A stretch of DNA of 45,369 bases, taken from IMG/VR virus record IMGVR_UViG_3300033512_000238, positions 1 to 45,369 of that record. One strand, 5' to 3'. The translations under genes and the position numbers were made by a program. Below are positions 1 through 8,900 of this stretch, one piece after another (within the stretch, counting starts at the first letter, position 1; each line of letters starts with the position of its first letter). The stretch comes from a virus. The notes beneath the pieces are model-generated. The model saw only the letters and a program-made list of their open reading frames with translations, was not told the DNA's origin and ran no database searches.

Positions 1-141
1 AACTCGTAACAATAAAGGGGGTAGGGTGTACGGATCAACCAAAACCGGAGTGATGAAGAGAGACCACGGGTACGGCGTGAACATTGATTACGGGGAAGAA
101 ACAACGGAGACGGAAAGCGTCGGGCCGTTCTATACTTTCGA
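1..141. repeat. terminal direct repeat, left copy (identical to 45229..45369)
   Basis: Bases 1-141 (aactcgtaacaataaaggggg ... gttctatactttcga) recur base-for-base at 45229-45369. The repeat runs through coding sequence, so it reads as the overlap of a circular or circularly permuted assembly. Unique length is 45,228 bp. Confidence 0.9.
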
Positions 142-256
142 TCTTGTGAACATTCAACGGAAGAAAGCGAAAGAGACGAGGCGGAAGCGCTTCGACGTTT
201 TCCTCCGGACCATACGGGACGCAGTGGCGATAGCGTGGAAAGCGGGGGCCCGTTGA
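53..256 (+). CDS. hypothetical protein (67 aa; alternative GTG start at 26)
   Basis: ORF track 26..256. In the circular map ATG 53 overlaps the TGA of the VRR-NUC gene (TGATG), with GGAG just upstream. No recognisable motif. Confidence 0.5.
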   Translation: MKRDHGYGVNIDYGEETTETESVGPFYTFDLVNIQRKKAKETRRKRFDVFLRTIRDAVAIAWKAGAR

Positions 257-744
257 TTATTGAAACCATAAAACAGGTAGCGGAGGCAACGGGGAGCGCG
301 TTCGGGCCTCTCGTAACGATTACAGGGGCGGCCGCTATTTTCGCGGGCCGCTATTTTTGGAAAAGTTTCGGACCTATCCCGAACTATCGGCGGCTATACG
401 TCGTGGGATACGGCTTTTTTCTCCCGAAGCGGTGGCAAGTACACCACATAAACGGGGACCGGAGAGACAACAGGGCCGCGAATCTCGTCGCGGTCCCTTA
501 CGGATTACACAGGGCGTACCATTCGAACGAGTTCGCGCTCGGTAAGGTCGAGTTTCTCGTCCGGAACGGGAACGGGGGAGCATTTCAGAAAGCACGAACG
601 GCGGCGGATGAAATGCTCAAGGCGGCGGAGTTTATCGGCCTTTGTTACGAGAACCGGAAAAACGCGGCAAAACTAAAGAGAATCGACGAACTATTCGACG
701 GCCGGAACGATTCGACGCCGGACCGGGACCCGTGGCAAATATGA
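235..744 (+). CDS. HNH endonuclease with N-terminal hydrophobic segment
   Basis: Translation contains WQVHHINGDRRDNRAANLVAVPYGLHRAYH (H-N-H core). It lies upstream of the terminase genes. Start is uncertain: GTG 235, or TTG 253 overlapping the stop at 254-256. Confidence 0.8.
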   Translation: MESGGPLIIETIKQVAEATGSAFGPLVTITGAAAIFAGRYFWKSFGPIPNYRRLYVVGYGFFLPKRWQVHHINGDRRDNRAANLVAVPYGLHRAYHSNEFALGKVEFLVRNGNGGAFQKARTAADEMLKAAEFIGLCYENRKNAAKLKRIDELFDGRNDSTPDRDPWQI

Positions 745-878
745 AAGCGCGGGAATATTTACGACTCCTCGGGGAAATCCCGCGGGGCGTTTTCTTTTTG
801 GCGGTATACGTCCCGGCGTTTCTATTTTACAGGGTACGGCGGGAACTAAAAAGGACAACAGAAAAAGGGGAACAATGA
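741..878 (+). CDS. small membrane protein (45 aa)
   Basis: ATG 741 overlaps TGA 742-744 (ATGA), and its own TGA 876-878 overlaps the next ATG 875 (ATGA). It has one hydrophobic helix (GVFFLAVYVPAFLFY) followed by a basic tail. Confidence 0.5.
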   Translation: MKAREYLRLLGEIPRGVFFLAVYVPAFLFYRVRRELKRTTEKGEQ

Positions 879-2467
879 AGCTCGAGCAAATGCAAATAAC
901 AGAGACGAAAATCTCGGACCTAATCGGGGCCGATTACAACCCGCGAATACTACTCGCGAAAGAGTTCGACGACCTCCGGGCGTCTCTCGACCGTTTCGGG
1001 ATAGTAGAACCGGCGGTCGTGAATAGACACCCCGGGCGGGAAAACGTAATAGTCGGGGGACACCAAAGAATAAACGTCGCGCGGGCTCTCGGGCGTGATA
1101 CATTCCCGGTGGTATTCGTTGACCTCGACGAGGAACACGAAAAGGAGCTAAACGTCCGACTCAATAAAAACGGCGGCCGGTGGGATTTTGATAAGCTCGC
1201 GAACCTTTTCGAGCTCGACGACCTCGTCGCGTGGGGATTCGAGGAGGGGGAACTCCTCGGGAGATGCGACGAACTACTCGACGAACTAAACGAGGAGGCA
1301 ATCGAAGCGGGACCCGGGGCGGAAGCGTCCGACGAACTCCCGGAGGTATCGGAAAACGACGCCGAAGTCGTATCGGTCCGGGGCGATGTTTGGGAGTGCG
1401 GCCGTCACCGGGTAATGTGCGGAGACTCGACGGCGTTCGGGGACCTCGAGAAGCTCCTCCCGGAGGGGGAACAAATCGCGACGATATACGCGGACCCTCC
1501 TTACGGCATGAAAAAAGAGGCGGACGGGGTAGCAAACGACAACCTCAACGACGACGACCTCCTCTCGTTCAACGTCGAGTGGTGGCGGACATTCCGGGCC
1601 CGGGCAAAACAAAACGCAAACGCGGTAATATTTGGGAACGCTCGCGTATTATGGAAATGGTGGTACTATCCGGAGATCGGCCTCGAGGCGTCGGAGCCGT
1701 TGACATTCAAAAACGAGATCGTATGGGCGAAAGGCTCCGCGCAGGGGAGAGGGTCGGACCTCGAAATCTCATTCCCGAACCAAACGGAGAGGGCTCTATT
1801 TTTCAACCTCGGGAAATTCGTTTCCGCTATCTCTCGAGACAGTTCGGAATATTTCGAGGAGTGGGAGCCGCTCCGGTTATACTTCGCGGGAGAGGCGGAC
1901 CGCTCCGGGCTTTCGGGGAAAAAATTCGACGAGCTCTCGAAAACAAACGGGATGCTCGGACACTATACGGGCCGTTCTCAGTGGTCATTCCCGACGCGGG
2001 AAAAATACGCGGTTCTCGATGAGTTCGGCGGCGGGGAATATTTCACGCGATCTTTCGACGACCTCCTCCGGGAATACAATCGAGCCCGGGCCGCGGTCGA
2101 CGCTAAACTCGAGGAGCTCCGGGGCTACTTTTGTTTGAACAACGACGCCGAACTCGACGACGTTCTCCGGGTCCCGGGAGTACAGGGAGACGAGAGACAC
2201 GGACACGCGACGCCGAAACCGGTCGAGCTAAACAAAAAAATACTCAAGACGATTACAAAGCCGGGGACGATAGTCGCGGAACCTTTCGGGGGCTCCGGGG
2301 CAACTCTCGCGGCGTGCGAAGAGCTCGGATTCGCCTCCCGTACTATGGAAATAGAACCGCGGTGGGTAGACGTTATCGTCCGGCGGTGGCAAAAGCAAAC
2401 AGGGCGGGCGGCATTTCACGCGGAGACGGGGAAACCTTTCGACGAATACGAACCGGGGCGGGAGTAA
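875..2467 (+). CDS. ParB-like nuclease domain fused to DNA methyltransferase (DPPY type, N6-adenine or N4-cytosine)
   Basis: The N-terminus has DYNPR ... VGGHQR (ParB/sulfiredoxin-like). The middle has IYADPPYG (motif IV). The C-terminus has VAEPFGGSGATL (motif I, FxGxG). The motif IV-before-I order indicates beta-class. Target sequence is unknown. Confidence 0.85.
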   Translation: MKLEQMQITETKISDLIGADYNPRILLAKEFDDLRASLDRFGIVEPAVVNRHPGRENVIVGGHQRINVARALGRDTFPVVFVDLDEEHEKELNVRLNKNGGRWDFDKLANLFELDDLVAWGFEEGELLGRCDELLDELNEEAIEAGPGAEASDELPEVSENDAEVVSVRGDVWECGRHRVMCGDSTAFGDLEKLLPEGEQIATIYADPPYGMKKEADGVANDNLNDDDLLSFNVEWWRTFRARAKQNANAVIFGNARVLWKWWYYPEIGLEASEPLTFKNEIVWAKGSAQGRGSDLEISFPNQTERALFFNLGKFVSAISRDSSEYFEEWEPLRLYFAGEADRSGLSGKKFDELSKTNGMLGHYTGRSQWSFPTREKYAVLDEFGGGEYFTRSFDDLLREYNRARAAVDAKLEELRGYFCLNNDAELDDVLRVPGVQGDERHGHATPKPVELNKKILKTITKPGTIVAEPFGGSGATLAACEELGFASRTMEIEPRWVDVIVRRWQKQTGRAAFHAETGKPFDEYEPGRE

Positions 2468-2637
2468 TGCAGGTGCAAAGATTAGGGGCGGCGGCTATTC
2501 TTTTTTTTGTTCTAGGGTTTACAGCAGGGACGGCGGAAAGCCTCAAAGGGTACGCCGCTTTTGTTGTTCTCGGGGTTTATTCGTGGAAATGGCTCGACAA
2601 CGCAATAGAACAGATTAGGAAAGAGCGGGGCAAATGA
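2467..2637 (+). CDS. small two-TM membrane protein (56 aa), holin-like topology
   Basis: ATG 2467 overlaps the TAA of the methyltransferase (TAATG). Two hydrophobic stretches (LGAAAILFFVLGF, AAFVVLGVYSW) are followed by a charged C-terminus (DNAIEQIRKERGK). Confidence 0.5.
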   Translation: MQVQRLGAAAILFFVLGFTAGTAESLKGYAAFVVLGVYSWKWLDNAIEQIRKERGK

Positions 2638-2790
2638 ACGGCCCGCGGGACATTCTCGAGGCTCTCGGGTTTTATGGCGTCGAACCGTCGAGAACTATCC
2701 CGCCGCCGAACCCGGGCACAAGTTCGCGGAGCTCAAGTAATCGGAGCGAAGCTCCTCGCGGGTTTTCGTTTTTCAACAGATCGGGTAAAA

Positions 2791-3420
2791 ATGGCGGAAA
2801 GTAAGAAGAAAAAAGGAAAGCCGAAAGCGGTCGGGGCGGGAGCTCAAAGGCAATACACGCCGGAGACTCTCGTCGAGATCGAGAACGCGGTATCTAACGG
2901 AGCCCAAACGGGCCCCGCTATCGCCGCCGCAATTGGAGTAACGCCACAGGCTTTCAACAATCATAGGTACCGAAAAACGAGCCCGGAGACGACAGAGAGA
3001 GCCGATGCAATCGAGAGGGCTATAAAAAGGGGACAAAGCCGCCGCCGCGAGTCGATCAAGTCGACCGCGGAGGACGCTCTCCTCAAACTTATAAAAGGCT
3101 TTGAACTCACGGACGAAATAGAGGAGGTCCGGAAGAAAACAGCGGCCCGGCCGAAAGGGTGGAAACCCGGAGACCCGGAGCCGTCGGAAGAGGTAAACGT
3201 CTACAAACGGCGGACCATCAAGAGATACGGCCCGAACGTCACGGCCGTTCTTTTTGCTCTCGTCAACAGTGACCCGGAGAGATGGCAGAGTATTTACTCC
3301 CGGAGCAATGCGGACGACGTGAACGAAAACGAAAACCGCGGAACTATTGCAAATTGGATGCGGCAACAAGTCGAAGCGGGCGCGAGAATGAACTCGAAAC
3401 GAAACGGCGGCGGGGAATGA
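2791..3420 (+). CDS. terS: terminase small subunit (putative, HTH-containing)
   Basis: Lies immediately upstream of, and overlapping (ATGA), the large terminase. It has a Lys-rich N-terminus then an HTH-like segment (GPAIAAAIGVTPQAFNNH). The ORF track extends to ATG 2674; I prefer ATG 2791 (MAESKKKKGK). Confidence 0.55.
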   Translation: MAESKKKKGKPKAVGAGAQRQYTPETLVEIENAVSNGAQTGPAIAAAIGVTPQAFNNHRYRKTSPETTERADAIERAIKRGQSRRRESIKSTAEDALLKLIKGFELTDEIEEVRKKTAARPKGWKPGDPEPSEEVNVYKRRTIKRYGPNVTAVLFALVNSDPERWQSIYSRSNADDVNENENRGTIANWMRQQVEAGARMNSKRNGGGE

Positions 3421-4655
3421 TACCAACGGACCTACAACTCGAAAGCCTCGAGAGTGCAAACGCGCGTCTAAATATTTGGCACGGGCCCGTTAGATCGGGG
3501 AAAACTATCGGGGCAAATATCCGGTGGGTGAAATTCCTTTTAGGGCTCGACAAACACGACTACCCCGGAAGCGGGGCGCTTTTTATCGCGGGCGTATCGG
3601 TCGGGTCGGCTCTCCGGAACGTCGTCGAACCATTGCGCGAAATGCTCGGGGAAGAGTGCAAATATATTCCCTCTCGGTCTATCGTCCGAATATTGGGGCA
3701 CGACGTTTACCTATTCGGGGCGGCGTCGGAGGGGTCGGAGAAACTTATCCGGGGGCTAACGTGCGCGGGCGCTCTACTCGACGAGGTAACACTCCTCAAC
3801 AAATCATTTTTTATGCAAACGCTCGCGCGTCTCTCAGTGAAGGGCGCGAAGCTATTCGGGGCAACGAACCCCGACAGTCCGAAACATTGGCTGAAGGCCG
3901 ATTTTCTCGACAAAAAAGCGGATCACAATCTCAAAGAGTATCTTTTCCCGCTCACAGCAAACACCTATCTCGACCCGGAGTACGTCGCGGCGCTATCTCG
4001 GGAGTATACCGGAATGTGGAGGGCTCGAAATATCGAGGGGAAATGGGTCGCGGCCGACGGTCTCGTTTATGAGGGATTCGAGGAGCGGGCGCCGTTCGTT
4101 ATTCCACAGGCCCCGGCGGCGGCAACCTCTTACTATATCACGGTCGATTATGGTATTCAAAACCCGACCGTTTTTCTTTTGATTGGTCGAAACCGTTTGA
4201 CCTCTCCGCGTATATGGTGCGAGCGGGAGTATTACCACAGCGGCCGCGAGACAAAAATCCTAAAAACGGACAAAGAACTCGCGGACGACCTTTACGAGTG
4301 GGCCGGGAGTTCGGTCCGTTCGAAGCTCCTCGGGATAGTCGTCGACCCGTCGGCGTCCTCTTTCATTGAGGAACTAAAGCGGCGGGGCCTCCCGGTAATG
4401 AAAGCGGAAAATGAGGTACTCCCGGGAATACAACGACAGGCGCGGGCGCTTTTTGCCGGAGATTACGCGATTTGTCGAGAGTGCCGGAAAACTATCGAGG
4501 AGTATTTTCTCTACCGGTTCGACTCGAAAGGGGTCCTGCTTGGTAAGGATATAGTGGTCAAAGACGCGGACCATACAAAAGACGCGGAGAGATATTATTT
4601 TAACACAGTAGAACACGGGCGGGGGATCGATTACGACCTATTCGCCGGAGACTAA
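3417..4655 (+). CDS. terL: terminase large subunit
   Basis: Walker A GPVRSGKT near the N-terminus and Walker B-like GALLDEV. Length and position before the portal fit. ATG 3417 overlaps the upstream TGA (ATGA). Confidence 0.9.
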   Translation: MIPTDLQLESLESANARLNIWHGPVRSGKTIGANIRWVKFLLGLDKHDYPGSGALFIAGVSVGSALRNVVEPLREMLGEECKYIPSRSIVRILGHDVYLFGAASEGSEKLIRGLTCAGALLDEVTLLNKSFFMQTLARLSVKGAKLFGATNPDSPKHWLKADFLDKKADHNLKEYLFPLTANTYLDPEYVAALSREYTGMWRARNIEGKWVAADGLVYEGFEERAPFVIPQAPAAATSYYITVDYGIQNPTVFLLIGRNRLTSPRIWCEREYYHSGRETKILKTDKELADDLYEWAGSSVRSKLLGIVVDPSASSFIEELKRRGLPVMKAENEVLPGIQRQARALFAGDYAICRECRKTIEEYFLYRFDSKGVLLGKDIVVKDADHTKDAERYYFNTVEHGRGIDYDLFAGD

Positions 4656-4671
4656 ACAGAAAGGGCCGGGA

Positions 4672-5991
4672 ATGAGAAAACGGATAACGAACCAACAACA
4701 GAACTTCGACGGGTGGGTCAATCTTTTTACCTTACTTGGTACGGAAAAAGACAGCAAAACGATGACGAAATTCGAGCCGGGCCGCTCTCTTACGGAGCAA
4801 GAGTGCGCGGACGTTTACGCGGAGAACGGAGTCTGCCGCCGAATTATTGAGGCATTCCCGAAACATGGAACCCGCCGTTGGATTGACCTCGAGAACGACG
4901 ACGACGACCGGTTCGGGAAAGAACTCCGGAGAATCGGGGCAAAAGCCGCATTTAGAGAGGCGGGAATCGAGGCCCGGACGTTTGGCGGGGCATATATCGC
5001 GATTTATACGGACGGATCCGCGGAACTAAACGAGCCGCTCGACCTATCAAAAGCGGTAACCGTTGACGAGCTCGAAGTTTTCGGGAGATTCGACGCGAAA
5101 CCGGTCTCGAGATACGGCCCGGACACCGGGAAAAAATCCGGGCGGCCGGAGCTCCTCGAGTGCTATCGGTGGGACGGTTCACACGCGACAATACACGAAA
5201 GCCGCCTCCTCTATTTCGACGGGGCTCGAGCAACGGCCCGCCGCCGCAAATTGAACGACGGGTACGGCGATTCTGTTCTCTCCTCTATTTACGAGTCGGC
5301 CCGCTCTTACGGCGCGTCTCTCGGGTATATTGAGACCCTTATACAATCTTACGACGTCCCGGTCCTAAACGTGGAGGGCCTCGCGGCTCAAATAGCCGGG
5401 GGCAACGAGGACCGAATAAAAAAGCGGTTTTCGTTTCTCAATCTCGGGCGCTCACTTTTAAATATGGTGATACTCGACAAAGATGAGAAATACACGCGGG
5501 GCGCCGCCTCTCTTACCTCAATTCCGGAAGTGATCGACCGTTTCGCCTCGAAACTATCGGCCGACTCGGGCGTCCCGGTTAAAATTCTCATGGGCTCGAG
5601 CCCCGCCGGTCTACAATCGACAGGGGACGCCGATATCCGTTCGTTTTATGATGAAATAGCCGACTTTCAAGTCGAGCAATTTGAGCCGAATCTCGACAAA
5701 TTACTCGCGGTTATCGAGACGGCTATCCCGCTTTTGTCGGCGGACCGTCCTCCCGTGGTAAAATGGCGGCCTCTTTGGGAACCGTCGGAAAAAGAAGCGG
5801 CGGAGACCCGGAAAATACAGGGAGATACGGACGGCCTTTATATCGACAAAGGCGTCGTGACTCCGGAGGAAATCCGGGAAAATCGGTTCGTCAATGGCGG
5901 CGGCTTAAATACGGCCGTTGAAAGTGTGGAACTCGACGACATGGACGACGCGGACGCGCTCGAAGAACAAAAGAAAAACGGGGGCGAATAG
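4672..5991 (+). CDS. portal protein (DUF1073-like)
   Basis: A 439-aa ORF between terminase and the MuF head protein, with an acidic C-terminus. The resemblance to DUF1073-type portals is from memory only. Confidence 0.75.
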   Translation: MRKRITNQQQNFDGWVNLFTLLGTEKDSKTMTKFEPGRSLTEQECADVYAENGVCRRIIEAFPKHGTRRWIDLENDDDDRFGKELRRIGAKAAFREAGIEARTFGGAYIAIYTDGSAELNEPLDLSKAVTVDELEVFGRFDAKPVSRYGPDTGKKSGRPELLECYRWDGSHATIHESRLLYFDGARATARRRKLNDGYGDSVLSSIYESARSYGASLGYIETLIQSYDVPVLNVEGLAAQIAGGNEDRIKKRFSFLNLGRSLLNMVILDKDEKYTRGAASLTSIPEVIDRFASKLSADSGVPVKILMGSSPAGLQSTGDADIRSFYDEIADFQVEQFEPNLDKLLAVIETAIPLLSADRPPVVKWRPLWEPSEKEAAETRKIQGDTDGLYIDKGVVTPEEIRENRFVNGGGLNTAVESVELDDMDDADALEEQKKNGGE

Positions 5992-8900
5992 TGAAAGCTC
6001 CGGCGATGCTCTACCCGACATTGATCGAGAAACAATTCGCGAACGACTCAGAACAATTCGGGGACGCTCTCCGGGCGTATGTTCTCGAGGAGTTCGTCCC
6101 GGAGCTCCGGGGAATAGCGGCCCGCGTGGAACGGGAGCGAACGGACGACGCGAACCTCCCGGGCGACGGGCATTGGTCGAGCGATATACAAAGAGCTCTC
6201 CGGAGACTAAAGAACAAAGCCGACGAGATAGCGGCAACCTCGGAACCTCTCGCGGACGCGGCGTCGTTCAAGGTCGAACAATGGACAAACAAGGAAATTT
6301 TGAAGCTCGAGAAGCTCCTCCCGGCCGATTACCTCGCGGCGAATAAAACCGGGTACAACCCGGAGAACATACGGAACAGCCTCCGGAAAGCGTGGTCCAA
6401 AAATTACGCGGGACTAATAACCGCGGTAACGGACGAAACGGTCGCGAAGGTCGGCCGCATTGTATACGAGGGATTCGCGGTGGGGGAGAGTTACAAGTCG
6501 ATAGAGAAAAAAATTATTTCCGGGGGGCCTATTGAGGCGCTAAAAAATCCGCCATTCAATACGGCCCGGAAGCGGTCGCGATTGATAGCCCGGGACCAAA
6601 TCGGGAAACTTAACGGGAAACTAATCGAGAAGCGACAAACACAGCTCGGGATAGATTCGTATATTTGGCGGACCTCTCTCGACGAGCGCGTCCGGGGGAA
6701 CCCGTCCGGGCGCTATCCGAACGCGGTCCCGTCTCATTATGGCCGGGAGGGGAAGGTCTACAAATGGGACACCCCGCCGGAGGGAGGACACCCCGGGGAG
6801 GCTATTTTGTGCAGATGTACGGCGGAGCCATATATCGAGGGAGTAACGGGGGAACAGGGGGCCGCGGGAGTGACCGGGAAAACTATCGGACCGGCTCAAA
6901 GCCTCGGGGCTAAAATCGAGAATCTCAGAACAGCGGCGGCGGCGGCTCTCAATCTCGCGAGCAATACGGCCGGTGAAGCTATCCGGGCTCTCTCGACAGC
7001 GGAAACGGCCGCGAAGGAACTCGAGGACCTCGTCGACGGAATAGTCGGGATAGAGGACGAACTCGACGAGCTCGCAAAGAAAGCCGCGACAGTGAAGCTG
7101 AACGAGAAACTAAAGCAAGCGGAAGCGGCGAAAGCGGCGGCGGCGGGGCTCTCCGGGAAAGCTCAAAAGGCGAAAGCGGCGGCGGAAAAGGTGAACAGCG
7201 CGAAAGCGGCCGGGCCCGCGGCAAAAGCACAAGCGGCGGCGGCATTGTCTCACGTCGAAAACATCGAGAAAACCCTCGAGGCTCTCGACAATGTTCTCGC
7301 AAAAGCGGTGGCGGCAAAAGCGGCGGCGGAGGATAAACTCGCGAAAGCTCTCGCAATCAAAAAAGCAAAAGCGGCGGCGCTCGAGGAGGCGGAGGACCTC
7401 GTCGATGGGCTCGAGGGAGTCGACGCGGCTATCGTAAAAAGTAAATTCACAAAGGGAGAGTTCGACGCCGACGGGGAGGCGTTCGCCAAAAACATAAAAG
7501 CCGAAGCGGCCGCCGTTCTCTCGAAACTGAAAAAGGGGGGCGCCGCTTTTCAAAAGGCCGAAAGCATGATCAAGGACGCCGACTATTATCTCGCGGCGAA
7601 GCTCAAGAGCGAAGCGGCAAAACTCGCGGCGCTATCAACAGCGAACACAACAGCGGACGCGGCTCTCGCGAGTAAATACGGGGTAAACGCCGCCGGGATA
7701 AAAGCGGTCGACGCGAGCGAATGGACGTACAAAAGCCCAAAACAGGGGTCGAACCCCGGGGGAATTTACGAGGACAAAGCCGGGGCCCGTTATATTGTAA
7801 AAGTTATGGACGAGGAACACGCTATAAACGAGCTCCTCGCGTCGAAACTCTACAAAGCGGCGGGCGTTCACACTTCCGACATGATGCTCGTCGAGGGCGT
7901 GAACTACAACGGGAAACCGACGAGGGCTCTCGCGGGCCGGTGGATCGACGGTTTAGAGTCGGGCGTCTCAGAACTCAAAAGCGCGAAAACGGGGCCGGGC
8001 GGCTTTATTGACGGCGCGGGTGTCGATATGTGGCTCGCGAATTGGGATTCCGTCGGGCTCACTATGGACAACATACTCAAGGACACAGCCGGGAACCTCG
8101 TCCGAATTGACGTAGGGGCCGCGATGAAATTCCGGGCGCAAGGTCAAAAGAAACCATTCGAGGCCGGAAAGGTCCCGGAGCTCGAAACGTACCTAAACGG
8201 GGTAAACGACCAAATAACACCGATTTTGTCGAAATATAGCGCGGACGATATAACCCGGAGTCTCGAGAAAGTCGCGAATTTTACGGACGAAACTATCGAC
8301 GACATTCTCGACACAGTGTGGAAAGGTTCGACGCTCCCGGATAAAACGCGGGAGGAGTACCGGGAAGCGCTCAAAGGGCGCCGGGACGTAATTCGGGCCG
8401 AATGGGAGAAAAGAGACGGACCGAAGCTCTCCGGGGCGGCTCTCCCGGGGGCGATAAAAGGGAAAGCCCCGAAACCGTTCGACCCGTTCGACGATTACAA
8501 ACCCGGTGACGCGGTCCCGTTCCTATCTCCGGAAAAGTCGGACCATTTCCTCGCGAAGTACAAGAGCAACGGGAAAACGACGATGAAAAACGCGCTCGAA
8601 GCGAACGGGCTCGAGTCGGACAAAAATCTCGTAACCTATCCGGACGACGTTATCGAGGACGTCAAAGAATGGATGACAAAAGCGGACAAAGCTATCGAGG
8701 GCGGCGGGCCATTCCCGAAACCGCTCGACCTAAACGCCATAAGTAAAAAGATAAAAGCGGCGGAGGACGCGAAAATCGCCGCGGCAAAACTCGCGAACAA
8801 AGCAACGGCGGAGGGATTAAACAAAATGGCCGCCGATTCTTACGTCAAGGCCGACGAACTCCTCGAGAAAGCTATCGACGAGCTATACACGGTGGAAAAA

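Noticed and set aside
1-141. The terminal repeat as a true phage direct terminal repeat or a cos region.
   Set aside because: It cuts through two coding sequences, has no special sequence features, and is exactly assembler-k-mer sized. A circular-assembly overlap is the simpler reading. Only raw reads can settle it.
1231-2022. Long alternative-frame + strand ORFs, such as 1231..2022, 3524..4072, 5918..6346, 14963..15463 and 41525..41944.
   Set aside because: They overlap recognisable genes (methyltransferase, terminase, MuF, exonucleases) out of frame. They translate to Arg/Gly-rich sequence without motifs.
2674-2790. The upstream ATG 2674 as the start of the small terminase (ORF track 2674..3420).
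   Set aside because: The extra 39 residues are Arg-rich (MASNRRELSRRRTRAQVRG...) and look like non-coding read-through. MAESKKKKGK at 2791 is a more typical TerS N-terminus. This is uncertain, and both starts are noted in the feature.
2773-3459. Long reverse-strand ORFs. Besides this one they are 14898..15443, 17261..17854, 29712..30461, 36450..37148, 43162..43854 and 44550..45332.
   Set aside because: All lie antisense to well-supported + strand genes. They are Arg/Pro/Ser/Gly-rich low-complexity translations typical of the antisense frame of GC-biased codons. They lack RBS-like sequences and stop-start coupling. I accept no minus-strand gene.
5989-5991. Genome-wide TAG reassignment (an alternative genetic code, as in some gut phages).
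   Set aside because: TAG ends several genes exactly where the next gene starts by overlap (TAGTG at 5989-5993 and 10259-10263). TAG also sits at sensible protein ends (14464, 16289, 23705, 39231, 43776). No well-recognised gene (terminase, portal, capsid, sheath, tape measure) contains an internal TAG. Only the 33704 junction, and possibly 34226, remains suspicious.
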